A stretch of 63,327 nt of DNA, the filler included. It is 4 parts of 4 records of this genome, joined end to end, with 100 filler letters (N's around TTAATTAATTAA, not from the genome) between each part and the next. Parts side by side here need not be neighbours in the genome. Positions count along the whole stretch, not along the records: positions 34,395 to 47,714 come from SRR22947725_4817; positions 47,815 to 63,327 come from SRR22947725_4821; 2 more parts are not named here. One strand, written 5' to 3'. This document shows positions 41,627 through 51,190 of this stretch, piece after piece. The position numbers and the translations under genes were made by a program. Position 1 is the first letter of the stretch, and every line of letters starts with the position of its first letter. The notes below the pieces were generated by a model. It did not search any database, was not told the origin of the DNA, and saw only the letters and a program-made list of their open reading frames with translations.

Positions 41627-42439
41627 TTAACCTTTTATTTTTCCGAGCATATTCATTAATTCATCTTCATTAGATGACAAATTCTTTACTCTCTTTAAAG
41701 TTCCAATATTAAGGTTAAGTTCTTTTTTTAATAACTTTCCATCGCTTGATATTTCAATGCTATTTTTACTTTCAAAGCCTAGACCCAGTTTCACAATGAA
41801 CTTTTGTTCTTGTAAAGAAATAAAATCTTTAATAATGAATTTTAAAATTGAAATAGCTTCTAAAACTTTTAAATTTGGATATTTTAGTAATAATTTATTT
41901 AATATATGTATAGTTGATTCTGCCGTCCCTTTTCTTTGAGAAACTTGAACCTCTAATTGATAGGCTAGTTTTGTAGCTAGTCCCATTAACAGACTTATTT
42001 TGTGCTTTGTTAATTTTCTTACCTTGTTATCACTTACACACAAAGTTCCTAAAGTATATCCGTCAGAAGTAACAATTGGAAATGCTGCATAAAATTTTAC
42101 ACCAAAATCTGTTACTGCAGGATGGTATTTAAATCGAGCATCTTTAACCATATTATTAATAATTAGGGGTTGCTTTTTCTCTAAAGCAAATTGACATAAA
42201 GTTTGATTTCTTGGCATTTCTTTTGGAACATCCTCAGGAAAGCCATCTCTAGCTAAAATAACTTGTTTGTCAGAGTCAATTACACCTGTCCAACTCACAG
42301 GACATCCAGTAATTTCTTTAGCTAAAAAACAATATATTTCATACAAATTACTGTCGATGTCTTCTGTTACACCTGATCTTTGAACCGCTTTTACTCGTTG
42401 AGAGTCATTTGAAGGTATATGTGCAGGTTTGAAGTTCAT
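41627..42439 (-). CDS. GAF-domain protein with uncharacterised C-terminal domain
   Basis: DARF, FYAAFPI, GYTLGTLCVSD GAF signature; about 100-aa helical tail. Confidence 0.85.
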   Translation of the reverse strand: MNFKPAHIPSNDSQRVKAVQRSGVTEDIDSNLYEIYCFLAKEITGCPVSWTGVIDSDKQVILARDGFPEDVPKEMPRNQTLCQFALEKKQPLIINNMVKDARFKYHPAVTDFGVKFYAAFPIVTSDGYTLGTLCVSDNKVRKLTKHKISLLMGLATKLAYQLEVQVSQRKGTAESTIHILNKLLLKYPNLKVLEAISILKFIIKDFISLQEQKFIVKLGLGFESKNSIEISSDGKLLKKELNLNIGTLKRVKNLSSNEDELMNMLGKIKG

Positions 42440-42576
42440 ATGGTAGAAATACTAAAATATAAGTTTGAATTTAATTAATTATACATTAATATTAGATATT
42501 ATAAATATCAAGCATCTGTTTTAAGTTAATATATTAATTTTAGCTATAGAATTAATCATTTTTTCTGGATAATAAT

Positions 42577-43200
42577 ATGTCAACACAAACAATGACGTCT
42601 TTTAAAACTTTTTTATTTCTTCTATTTTTCTTTATTTCCTTTCCTGCTTTTTCTCATCATCCAATGGGTGGGGAGCTTCCCCAAAATTTTCTAAATGGTA
42701 TACTTTCAGGTATAGGTCATCCAATTATAGGTTTTGATCATCTTGCTTTTATCCTTACCTTTGGAATAATAACTTCTTATTTTAAAAATAAAGTGCTTTT
42801 ACCATTATGTTTTGTAACATTCTCGCTCATAGGAACTATCGTATCAGTAAATTTTCTAGTGGTTCCTTTTTCAGAATTAATAATTTCACTTTCCATAATA
42901 GTTGCTGGTTTGACATCCTTGTATCAGAAGAAAATTAATATTTACTTCCCAATTATATTAGCTTTAGGAGGTGGTTTTTTTCATGGATATGCGTTTGGGC
43001 AATCTGTAGTAGGAATTGAAGCGTCTCCGTTAATTGCATATCTAATAGGAATAGCACTAATTGGGTTTGTTTTAATTTTTGGATTAAGTTTTTTAATAAT
43101 AAAGTATTATCATCTGACTTTAAAGCCAAGGTTTGTTGGAGCAATCTTCACTGGTGTTGGACTGACGTACTTTATTGAGAACGTTGAGGCATTAATTTAA
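42577..43200 (+). CDS. HupE/UreJ family Ni/Co transporter
   Basis: Signal peptide AFS-HH, GIGHPIIGFDHL, FHGYAFG. Confidence 0.9.
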   Translation: MSTQTMTSFKTFLFLLFFFISFPAFSHHPMGGELPQNFLNGILSGIGHPIIGFDHLAFILTFGIITSYFKNKVLLPLCFVTFSLIGTIVSVNFLVVPFSELIISLSIIVAGLTSLYQKKINIYFPIILALGGGFFHGYAFGQSVVGIEASPLIAYLIGIALIGFVLIFGLSFLIIKYYHLTLKPRFVGAIFTGVGLTYFIENVEALI

Positions 43201-43202
43201 AA

Positions 43203-44366
43203 TTATAACTCAAAGAAAATTAAGTATCCATAACTCACAATCAATGCTGGAATAGCAGAATATATTGTTGCCACTAGAGCAACTTTAGGGCTTATTGCAA
43301 GCGCTGGAAATAATGCATCACCATCATTTGATATAGCGTTTCCAATCTGTGCTGATAATGGTAAAAAACCCGCTATAAACATAGTAGTAACTAATAGTTG
43401 AGGGCCACATCCAGGCAGAAAGCCTATTAATACTGCAATCAATGGAACAAAATATAATATATCGCTAAAGAGTAGCTTCAGATCTAAATCAACTAAATAA
43501 ACTGTCAATTCAAAACATAAAAAAGCTATAATAACCCAACCTGTAACAAAGTTGGTATCTGATACTGTTCTTCTAGTTATTGTTTCATTTGGTGAAGACA
43601 TTTTGGGTTTAAACCCACCTATAAAAGACCATAACCACATAAAAAAGCATAAGCTCCCAGCAAAAAATCCAAAAAGCGTTGCTAAACCATCTACATAAAA
43701 TCTAGAAAAATAAGTATCTAAATCAAATTGAAAAGCAGTAAAGATACCAAGAATTATTCCTGGTAAAAACAAGGCTATCCAAAAAACATCTAATTTTGAA
43801 GAATGATAAAATTCCTTTTTTTCAGGTAACTTTATTGATAATGATTTTTTATCTCTCATAAAATCTGGCCCGTGTATTTTATTTACCAAAATACCTGATA
43901 CCAAACCTACAATAAAACCAACAACTAACATTGCAAAGCCAACAAGTGGTTTTTTTGCTATTAATAAAAATGCTGCATCACCCATGGTAGCAGTTAAAGT
44001 AGCCATAACAGATCCAAAGCTTAACTTTCCTCGTACGTATTGGGTTATAACCATTATAGCACCACCACATCCAGGCAGAGCTCCTAAAAATGATGCAAGA
44101 ACAATTTCAAAATAAGGTCTATTTCTAATTGATGAAGATAAATCAAATTTAAAGTATTTTTCTAGCGAATAAAAAATAATTAGCGTTGCAGCCACAAACG
44201 TAGTTACTTGAATATATGCGTCGGATATTGCCTTTTGTATAATGTTCCAAACTTCTATATCTATAAACAAAGCTAAGGATAAAGTAATAAATACCAGACT
44301 CATTATAAAAGATAATTGATACCTTATTATGAGAGGATTTGCTGATTGTTGGCTATAAAAATTCAT
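43203..44366 (-). CDS. DUF2899 putative manganese/heavy-metal transporter
   Basis: Duplicated LGALPGCGG / GFLPGCGPQ, ATMGDAAF, NAISNDGDALFP; many TMs. Confidence 0.85.
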   Translation of the reverse strand: MNFYSQQSANPLIIRYQLSFIMSLVFITLSLALFIDIEVWNIIQKAISDAYIQVTTFVAATLIIFYSLEKYFKFDLSSSIRNRPYFEIVLASFLGALPGCGGAIMVITQYVRGKLSFGSVMATLTATMGDAAFLLIAKKPLVGFAMLVVGFIVGLVSGILVNKIHGPDFMRDKKSLSIKLPEKKEFYHSSKLDVFWIALFLPGIILGIFTAFQFDLDTYFSRFYVDGLATLFGFFAGSLCFFMWLWSFIGGFKPKMSSPNETITRRTVSDTNFVTGWVIIAFLCFELTVYLVDLDLKLLFSDILYFVPLIAVLIGFLPGCGPQLLVTTMFIAGFLPLSAQIGNAISNDGDALFPALAISPKVALVATIYSAIPALIVSYGYLIFFEL

Positions 44367-44433
44367 AAAAAAGCACTGTAGTTGAAGTTACTATATTTAT
44401 TGCACAAGGCAATAATAACGTCAACAACCTAAT

Positions 44434-44455
44434 AAAGTTAGCCTCAACTAACTTT
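44434..44455 (-). terminator. Hairpin immediately after the small ORF
   Basis: AAAGTTAG-(6 nt)-CTAACTTT inverted repeat; AT-rich and weak. Confidence 0.45.
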
Positions 44456-44548
44456 TTATTTTTTACCCTTTCTTTCAGCTGCCCTTGAAACTAATAACGG
44501 AAACACAATCAAAGCTAAAAAAATAATTATTAATAAGACAACTGTCAT
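44456..44548 (-). CDS. Unannotated 30-aa single-pass membrane peptide
   Basis: ATG...TAA: MTVVLLIIIFLALIVFPLLVSRAAERKGKK; 18-residue hydrophobic run plus basic tail. Confidence 0.6.
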   Translation of the reverse strand: MTVVLLIIIFLALIVFPLLVSRAAERKGKK

Positions 44549-44689
44549 AATCTATTTTCTTTATTATAAATCTAAATCATACATTAAGTTACTTGGCTTT
44601 AGGTTTATTAATTACTTGATATGAACATTAATTCAAATAGAATTAAAACAGAATTATAGTTAAATATTAAGACCTAAGTGAGAATTAAA

Positions 44690-45643
44690 ATGCAAATCGA
44701 CAAAGATACACAAATACTAATTGATGAACGTTTAAAAAATAATGCCCCTGCACTAGAAAGCTTCACTCCTCAAGAGCTTAGAGCTCTAAGAGCTAAAATG
44801 GCAGAGACACCATTAGAATTAAGAGTTGATATATCAGATGTACAAGATTTATCCGTAAAAGGAACGCTTGGAGATATTCCTATTAGGAAATATTTTAATT
44901 CTTCAACAAGTGATCCAAAACATAAAACATCACCTTTGATAATTTATTTTCACGGTGGTGGTTTTGTAATGGGCGATTTAGAAAGTCATGATCTAGTTTG
45001 CAGACATCTTTGTAAAGAAGCAAAAGCGACAGTTATAGCCGTTGATTATAAACTGGCCCCAGAACATAAATTTCCTACACCAGTAATAGAAACAAAAGAT
45101 GCCATTACTAAAATATTTGAAAGAGCAGAGGAATTTAATTTTGATTCTAACAAAGTTATTTTATGTGGAGATAGCGCTGGTGGAACTCTAGCTACTGTAG
45201 GAACAATTATGTCTAGAGATAATGTTATCCCAAAAGTACATGGACAAATTCTAGTATACCCCTGGGTGGATATGACTATGTGTAGAAGATCGATGGACAT
45301 TGAACTTGAAGGGATGATTTTAAACAAGAAAACTATAAAATATTTTGCCGACCACTATTTAAACAATACACAAGAACAAGTTGATTGGAGAGCTTCACCT
45401 ATATTAACCGCAGATTTGTCTAACTTGCCCCCTACCTATATTTATGGTGCAGGATTAGATCCTCTAGTAGATGAGGGAGATGCGTATAAGAGAAGGCTTT
45501 TATCTTTTGGAAATGAAGTTCATTACAGATTGTTTCCAGGACAGATGCATGCTTTTTTAAGTAATTCTGTACAGTTACCAACTTCTTTAATTTGTATTAA
45601 AGAAATGGGAAAAGCGGCACAAACAATATTTTCTAAACTTTAA
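44690..45643 (+). CDS. HSL-family esterase/lipase
   Basis: HGGGF, DYKLAPE, GDSAGG, DPLVDEG, HAF. Confidence 0.92.
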   Translation: MQIDKDTQILIDERLKNNAPALESFTPQELRALRAKMAETPLELRVDISDVQDLSVKGTLGDIPIRKYFNSSTSDPKHKTSPLIIYFHGGGFVMGDLESHDLVCRHLCKEAKATVIAVDYKLAPEHKFPTPVIETKDAITKIFERAEEFNFDSNKVILCGDSAGGTLATVGTIMSRDNVIPKVHGQILVYPWVDMTMCRRSMDIELEGMILNKKTIKYFADHYLNNTQEQVDWRASPILTADLSNLPPTYIYGAGLDPLVDEGDAYKRRLLSFGNEVHYRLFPGQMHAFLSNSVQLPTSLICIKEMGKAAQTIFSKL

Positions 45644-46910
45644 ACAAATTACTAACTAGAGTACTTGGTTTCATCTCAACAGAAAACCCACTTTCTTTTG
45701 GTAACATATAAGCTGCATTTTTAATTTGGCATGGGTTAAGAAAATGTTCGTGTAAATGATCAACATACTCAATAACCTGTTCATCTCTTCTTCCCGATAT
45801 ACATAAGTAATCAATCATTGCTAGATGCTGAGAATATTCACAAAGCCCTACTCCACCAGCATGAGGCCAAACTGGCAAACCTTGTTTAGACGCCATTAAT
45901 TGAACTGCTAAAACTTCGTTTAAACCGCCCATTCTACAAGCATCAACTTGAACAATGTCAATTGCATTTTCTGAAATTAGTTGTTTAAAAATAACTCTGT
46001 TTTGAACTGCTTCGCCAGTCGCAACTTTAATAGGATAAATCGCATCTTTAATTTTTTTATGTCCAATAATATCATCAGGACTTGTAGGTTCTTCTATGAA
46101 ATAAGGGTCAAATTCTGCTAAACTTTTCATCCATTTTATAGCCTGACCAACTTCCCAAACTTGATTTGCATCAATCATAATTTTTATATCTGGGCCTAAT
46201 GTGGTCCTTGCAATTTCTAGTCGTCTCATGTCGTCTTTAAGGTCTTTTCCTACTTTCAACTTTACATACTCAAAACCATTGTCTTTGGCTTCTAAACATA
46301 ACCTTTGTAATTTTTTATCACTATAACCCAACCAACCGGCGGAAGTTACATAACAAGGATAGCCTTCGTTTTCAAGTATACTAACTCTGTCTAATTTTGC
46401 TTTCTGATGTGATTTTAAAATTTCAACAGCTTCGTCTTGATTAAGAAAATCCGTAATGTGTCTAAAATCAATAGCGTTTGATATTTGATCAGCATTCATA
46501 TCTGATACTAACTGCCATAGAGGCTTATTGTCTAATTTCGATAAAATATCCCAAACTGCGTTAATAATAGCTCCACTAGCCATATGAATAATACCTTTTT
46601 CAGGACCTACCCACCTTAATTGACTGTCTGAAGTCATTCGTCTAGAAAATGCAGACTGATTATCTCTAATCCAATTTAAATCAAGGCCTATGACTAAATG
46701 TTGAAGAGCTTTAATTGCGTTACAACATAAATCATTTCCTCTACCTAATGTAAATGCAAATGAATGGCCTTTTAATGAGCTTTGGTCAGTTTCAATTATT
46801 ACATACGCTGCAGAATAGTCAGGGTCTGGGTTCATGGCATCGGAACCATCTAAATAATCAGATGTAGGAAACCTTAGGTCATATGTAGTTAATTTAACTA
46901 TTTTTGCCAT
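45633..46910 (-). CDS. fucD: L-fuconate dehydratase (enolase superfamily)
   Basis: RFPTS, DGSDAMNPDPDYSAAY, DSQLRWVGPEKG, KLKVG, DANQ, EEPTSPDD, PHAGGVGL, HLHEHF. Confidence 0.9.
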   Translation of the reverse strand: MAKIVKLTTYDLRFPTSDYLDGSDAMNPDPDYSAAYVIIETDQSSLKGHSFAFTLGRGNDLCCNAIKALQHLVIGLDLNWIRDNQSAFSRRMTSDSQLRWVGPEKGIIHMASGAIINAVWDILSKLDNKPLWQLVSDMNADQISNAIDFRHITDFLNQDEAVEILKSHQKAKLDRVSILENEGYPCYVTSAGWLGYSDKKLQRLCLEAKDNGFEYVKLKVGKDLKDDMRRLEIARTTLGPDIKIMIDANQVWEVGQAIKWMKSLAEFDPYFIEEPTSPDDIIGHKKIKDAIYPIKVATGEAVQNRVIFKQLISENAIDIVQVDACRMGGLNEVLAVQLMASKQGLPVWPHAGGVGLCEYSQHLAMIDYLCISGRRDEQVIEYVDHLHEHFLNPCQIKNAAYMLPKESGFSVEMKPSTLVSNLFKV

Positions 46911-46930
46911 TAATGCCCCACCTTCAAATC

Positions 46931-47713
46931 TTATTTCTGGGTATAAATATTATCATGATTTAAATCATGAACATCTCGCCTTCCACACAATGCCATTGTC
47001 ATGTCAGCTTCTGTTTTTATTATATCAAGAGCTTTAGTAACTCCCTCTTTACCAAGAGCACCAAGCCCATATAGAAATGCTCTTCCAATATAAGTTCCTT
47101 TAGCACCTAAACACATCGCCTTAACAACATCTTGACCAGATCTAATGCCTCCATCTATGTGAACCTCAATAAGTTTTCCAACTTTATCAACAATTTCTGG
47201 AAGTATATTAATTGTAGAAGAAGCTCCATCGAGCTGCCTTCCTCCGTGATTAGAAACTATAATTGCATCAGCACCAGTTTTTGCTGCTAATAGCGCATCT
47301 TCGGCATCTAAAATTCCTTTTATTATTAATTTGCCACCCCATCTTTTTTTAATCCAATCAACTTCTTTCCAATCTAGTTTTTGATCAAATTGCGCACCAA
47401 TCCATGAGCCTAAAGATCTAACATCTTTTATACCGTCAACATGACCAACTATATTTCCAAAAAAGTGATTTTTAGTAGTAAGCATTCTCATACACCATGC
47501 AGGACGCGTTAAAACTTGATAGATATGCTTTGGCACAAGTTTTGGTGGAGTAGACAGTCCATTTCTTATGTCTTTGTGTCTTTGCCCTAATAGTTGTAAA
47601 TCTAATGTTAACACTAAAGCACTACACTTTGCAGCTTTAGCTCTATCAATTAAACGTTCCATAAATTTTTTATCTTTCATGACGTATAATTGAAACCAAA
47701 ATGGATTTTTTGT
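46931..47713 (-). CDS. lldD: FMN-dependent L-lactate/alpha-hydroxy acid dehydrogenase (5' truncated)
   Basis: PFWFQLYV at the contig edge, SNHGGRQLDG, DGGIRSGQD, GR. Confidence 0.88.
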   Translation of the reverse strand, partial: TKNPFWFQLYVMKDKKFMERLIDRAKAAKCSALVLTLDLQLLGQRHKDIRNGLSTPPKLVPKHIYQVLTRPAWCMRMLTTKNHFFGNIVGHVDGIKDVRSLGSWIGAQFDQKLDWKEVDWIKKRWGGKLIIKGILDAEDALLAAKTGADAIIVSNHGGRQLDGASSTINILPEIVDKVGKLIEVHIDGGIRSGQDVVKAMCLGAKGTYIGRAFLYGLGALGKEGVTKALDIIKTEADMTMALCGRRDVHDLNHDNIYTQK

Positions 47714-47714
47714 T

Positions 47715-47814
47715 NNNNNNNNNNNNNNNNNNNNNNNNNNNNNNNNNNNNNNNNNNNNTTAATTAATTAANNNNNNNNNNNNNNNNNNNNNNNNNNNNNN
47801 NNNNNNNNNNNNNN
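47715..47814. other. Artificial contig linker
   Basis: Same N44-TTAATTAATTAA-N44 structure. Confidence 0.99.
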
Positions 47815-48571
47815 CCCCATCCTCCCCATCCTCCCCATCCTCCCTTTCGTCACTCTCCTCGTCATCCAAGTCGATGGCACCCCCTCTCCCACTCGTATAC
47901 CTGTTTGAAACGTCCAAATCGCGCTCCTCCCGTCGATATGCATCCAGCTCGGCATCCAGCGCTCGTTCCCTCGCCTGCTTTTCCTCCTCAGAGTCTGCAT
48001 CTTGGGCCCGCGCCCGCGCCAGCTCTCGCGCCTCCCGTACTTCCCTTCTCCGATCCTCTTCTTCTTCTCGCATGCGATGCCTCTCCAATCGCTCCTCCTC
48101 CCGCTCGCGCTTCTTTCTCTCGTGGTACTCTTTCGTGAACGCGGCTCCCTCCTCGTACCCACCCACTCCAAAAGCATCCTGAAGTTTCTGCATATCGTGC
48201 TGTTTCCTGGCAGCGGCCTCGTGCGTACCGCCACCCTTTGCCACGCCCGCCCGACTCTGCGCCCTTTCCTCCTCCTCTTGCACGAGCCTGGCCCTGAAGA
48301 CGTCAACCCGCCTGTCAATCTCGTCCTCCGCCACCCCTTCGTCCTCCAGCTCCACCCGGTACTCAAACACCTTCAGCTCCATTTCCCGCTTACGGTTGTG
48401 GGCCAGCACGTCCGCGTTGGGACCTTGCTTGCGATTGCCATGGCGAGCGTCGTCCTCGACGTCCCTGGAGGGTCTGTGGTGCCCCTTTTTGTGCCTGTTG
48501 AATGCGTTCGCTTGCACGTAGCCCGAGGTCCCCGACCCACGGACTGACGAGAGGCCGATGCCGTTGTACAT
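47815..48571 (-). CDS. CWC21: Pre-mRNA splicing factor CWC21/SRRM2-like (3' truncated)
   Basis: MYNGIGLSSVRGSGTSGYVQAN and HNRKREMELK (cwf21 domain); contig ends in a CCCCATCCT repeat. Confidence 0.92.
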
Positions 48572-48724
48572 CGCTGCGGCGATACGTTGGGCCAAACGGA
48601 GACGAGTAAGGAAAAGAGTTTCACTTTCACGACCAGCCGGAAAGTTTCACTCCACTTGAATTGCGGCCTGGTATCGTCACGTGTCTTCTTCCTCTTCTCG
48701 TTCTCCCTGTTGCATATCGTTGAC

Positions 48725-51134
48725 ATGGAGCCTTTCTTCGACGACGCGGGCTTTGTCTCCGCCACGGTACGATGCTTCTCACTGGGATTCGCGAGCGCAT
48801 CATCACGTGTTTCCCCCGGACTGGCGCGCTGCGTGGAACCCGCCGCGTCCGGGCCCCTGGTATGACGCTTACAACAGACAATACGCAAACGCACCGCAGT
48901 CGAAGCAAGAGTCGTCGAAAGCAGCGGACGACGTGGCACAATTTTCCTTCTTTGGTGACCTGAGCGCGGTCGATGGCGACTCGGCCCTGGGCGGGGCGTT
49001 GGAGTACGACCTTGACGCCCCGCCGGAAGAGGAGCGCGTTTTCAAGGAGCAGAATGGAGGCGGGGATCTGAGTTATGCGAGCATGTTTGGCAATATTTTG
49101 TCGTCGGGGAACGGTGCGGCTAGCACCCTGGCTGGTGCCGGGCATCCCCAGGGCCATCAGCAGGGGACGATGGCGGATCCACTCGCTGAGTTGATGGCTG
49201 AAGAGCTTGAGCGGGAGCGTCTGGAGGAGGGTCAGCGGGCGAAAGAGGAGGCGGAGCGCAAGAAGGCGTCTGCCTTCTCGGGAGGATCGATTGGCCTGGG
49301 AGGGTTGCTTGTGCCGACGAGCGAGGAGGCGACGCCGTCGGGCGGGTACGGAGGATCTCGGGGTGTGCTGGATATGCCGTTTCCAAGCCCACCGCCTGCC
49401 AGCATGACGCCAGCGGGTAGTCGGGGTGTGTATGGCGGGCAGGGTATGCCGATGACGCCGGATATGATTATGCGCCAGCAGCAGCAGCAGCAGCAGCAGT
49501 CGCCCCATCAGCATCAATATCATCAACCGCCCCATCAGCAGCAGCATCATCAGCAGCAGCAGCATCAGCATCATCATCAGCAGCAGAGGCCAATGATGCC
49601 TCCCGTGGGCATGCCTGGCTTGCCCATGCACCCAGGCATGATGATGGGCGGCCCTGGCCGGCCGATGATGCCCGTTCCGGGTGGAGTGCCCATGCATGGC
49701 GCCTCAAACCCGGTGATGCAAACGCGGGAGGTTCCGATGCAGCGACCGTCGATGGGCGTCGCCGGTCCACCAATGCCTGGCCCGCGTGGAATGCCAATGC
49801 AGGGGCCACCTCCGCAGCGGGCGCCCCCAGCGTATCAGCAGGCGTCAACCGTGAACCTGGCTCAGAGGCTTCGTGCGCTGGATTTGGCTGACAAGGTGCA
49901 GCCTCAGCTCGCGCCGCAGCTGCAGTTCACGAAGCAGTTCTCTGGGCGGTGTATGTTCAAGGAGGAGATTGACACGATTCTGTGGATGCAGTCGAAGCCA
50001 CTGCGCCAGAATCACCCGTACCTGGAAGACTATTATTATCAGGCGTTCCTCGACAAGCACCATGGTCATCTGAACAAGGGCACGTTTGCACCAGAGTCGG
50101 TGCGTGAGCTGGCGCCGACGGAGAAGATGGCGGCCGAGAGTGTGGCGTTCGTCAAGCTTGATGGGCTTGGGCGCGTCGCGTTTTCCAATATTAGGCGCCC
50201 GAGGCCGCTAATGGATCTATCATTGGGCTCGAACGGCGATGACGCGAACACAAACACCACCGTGGAGGGAGGCGCCAAGGCCGCTTCCAAGCACAAGCGA
50301 CTGGATCAGGAGCCGGCGGTCGCGGTGCGTGTGATGATCGAAGACTGTATGGCGCTGATTCTGGATGTGGAGGACGTCGATAGGATCTTCGTGGCGTCGG
50401 GGGGCAAGAACATCGAAAATGAGGACAAGCTGAAGCAGCGGCGTGTGCTGCTGGTGGAAGGGCTGGCGGTGTCCCTGAAACTGTCTGAGAAACCGCAGCG
50501 GGCCGCGAGCGAATCTGACAAGCTGTTTTTACGTCTCTTGGCGCACATCAAGGGCCGCGTGCTCGCAAGGCGCTGCCTCAGGATCATCACCCCTCCCAAG
50601 GAGATGGGGGCCGTGCCGCCCAACTACAGGGTGTTGTGGGCGCTTCTCCGCCAACTCGGCGTCGTCTTCAAGACGTCAAGCATACCGAAGACGGATACCG
50701 AGGTCATCAACGGGCTGTCTCGCTTGGCGGAGGGTATGATGGCCGCGATCGATGACCTGTCCCCGCACGCGCTGAGCGACGCCATGTCGGCGCTGTCCAT
50801 TGGTGCGGATGGAGTCTCATTCTTCGCTCCTGGCGAGAACGCCGCCGACACAGACCGGAAGCCGTGGATGTGCGATGTGATCGGTGCGCTGCTGAAGCGG
50901 GGCACCGATCTCTCACTTCACGATACGGTGTCGAAAACATCCGACAATGACCACAGCAACGCGTGGTCGCAAGGTGTGGCAGACATGTACGACGAACTCA
51001 TGGCGCTCATAAATTCCGAGGACGTGGATCCGAAGAGCATCCCGGTCCCGCTGATCGGCCAGCACGTGATCAAGCATTTGTCTGAGGCGAGGAAGGAGAA
51101 ACTCCAAAAGCGGTTGATCGAGTTGGGTGTCTAG
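48725..51134 (+). CDS. PAT1: PAT1 homolog (mRNA decapping activator); probable intron 48767-48899
   Basis: QFSFFG, Pro/Gln-rich middle, HPYLEDYYYQA, LGRVAFSNIRRPRPL; GTACGA...CCGCAG phase-0 intron joins ATG 48725 to the long frame. Confidence 0.8.
49476..49586 (+). repeat. CAG/CAT trinucleotide tract (polyQ/H)
   Basis: (CAG)8 followed by mixed CAG/CAT codons. Confidence 0.9.
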
Positions 51135-51190
51135 CCCGAGATCCAGACTCGAAAGAGAAGATGTTTCATATCGACCAGCTGTCCGTAACG

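Noticed and set aside
42440..42576. Cobalamin riboswitch upstream of HupE/UreJ
   Set aside because: The spacer is short, extremely AT-rich and lacks B12-box-like sequence.
44367..44677. yybP-ykoY manganese riboswitch upstream of DUF2899
   Set aside because: No recognisable conserved core by eye; an Rfam scan would be decisive.
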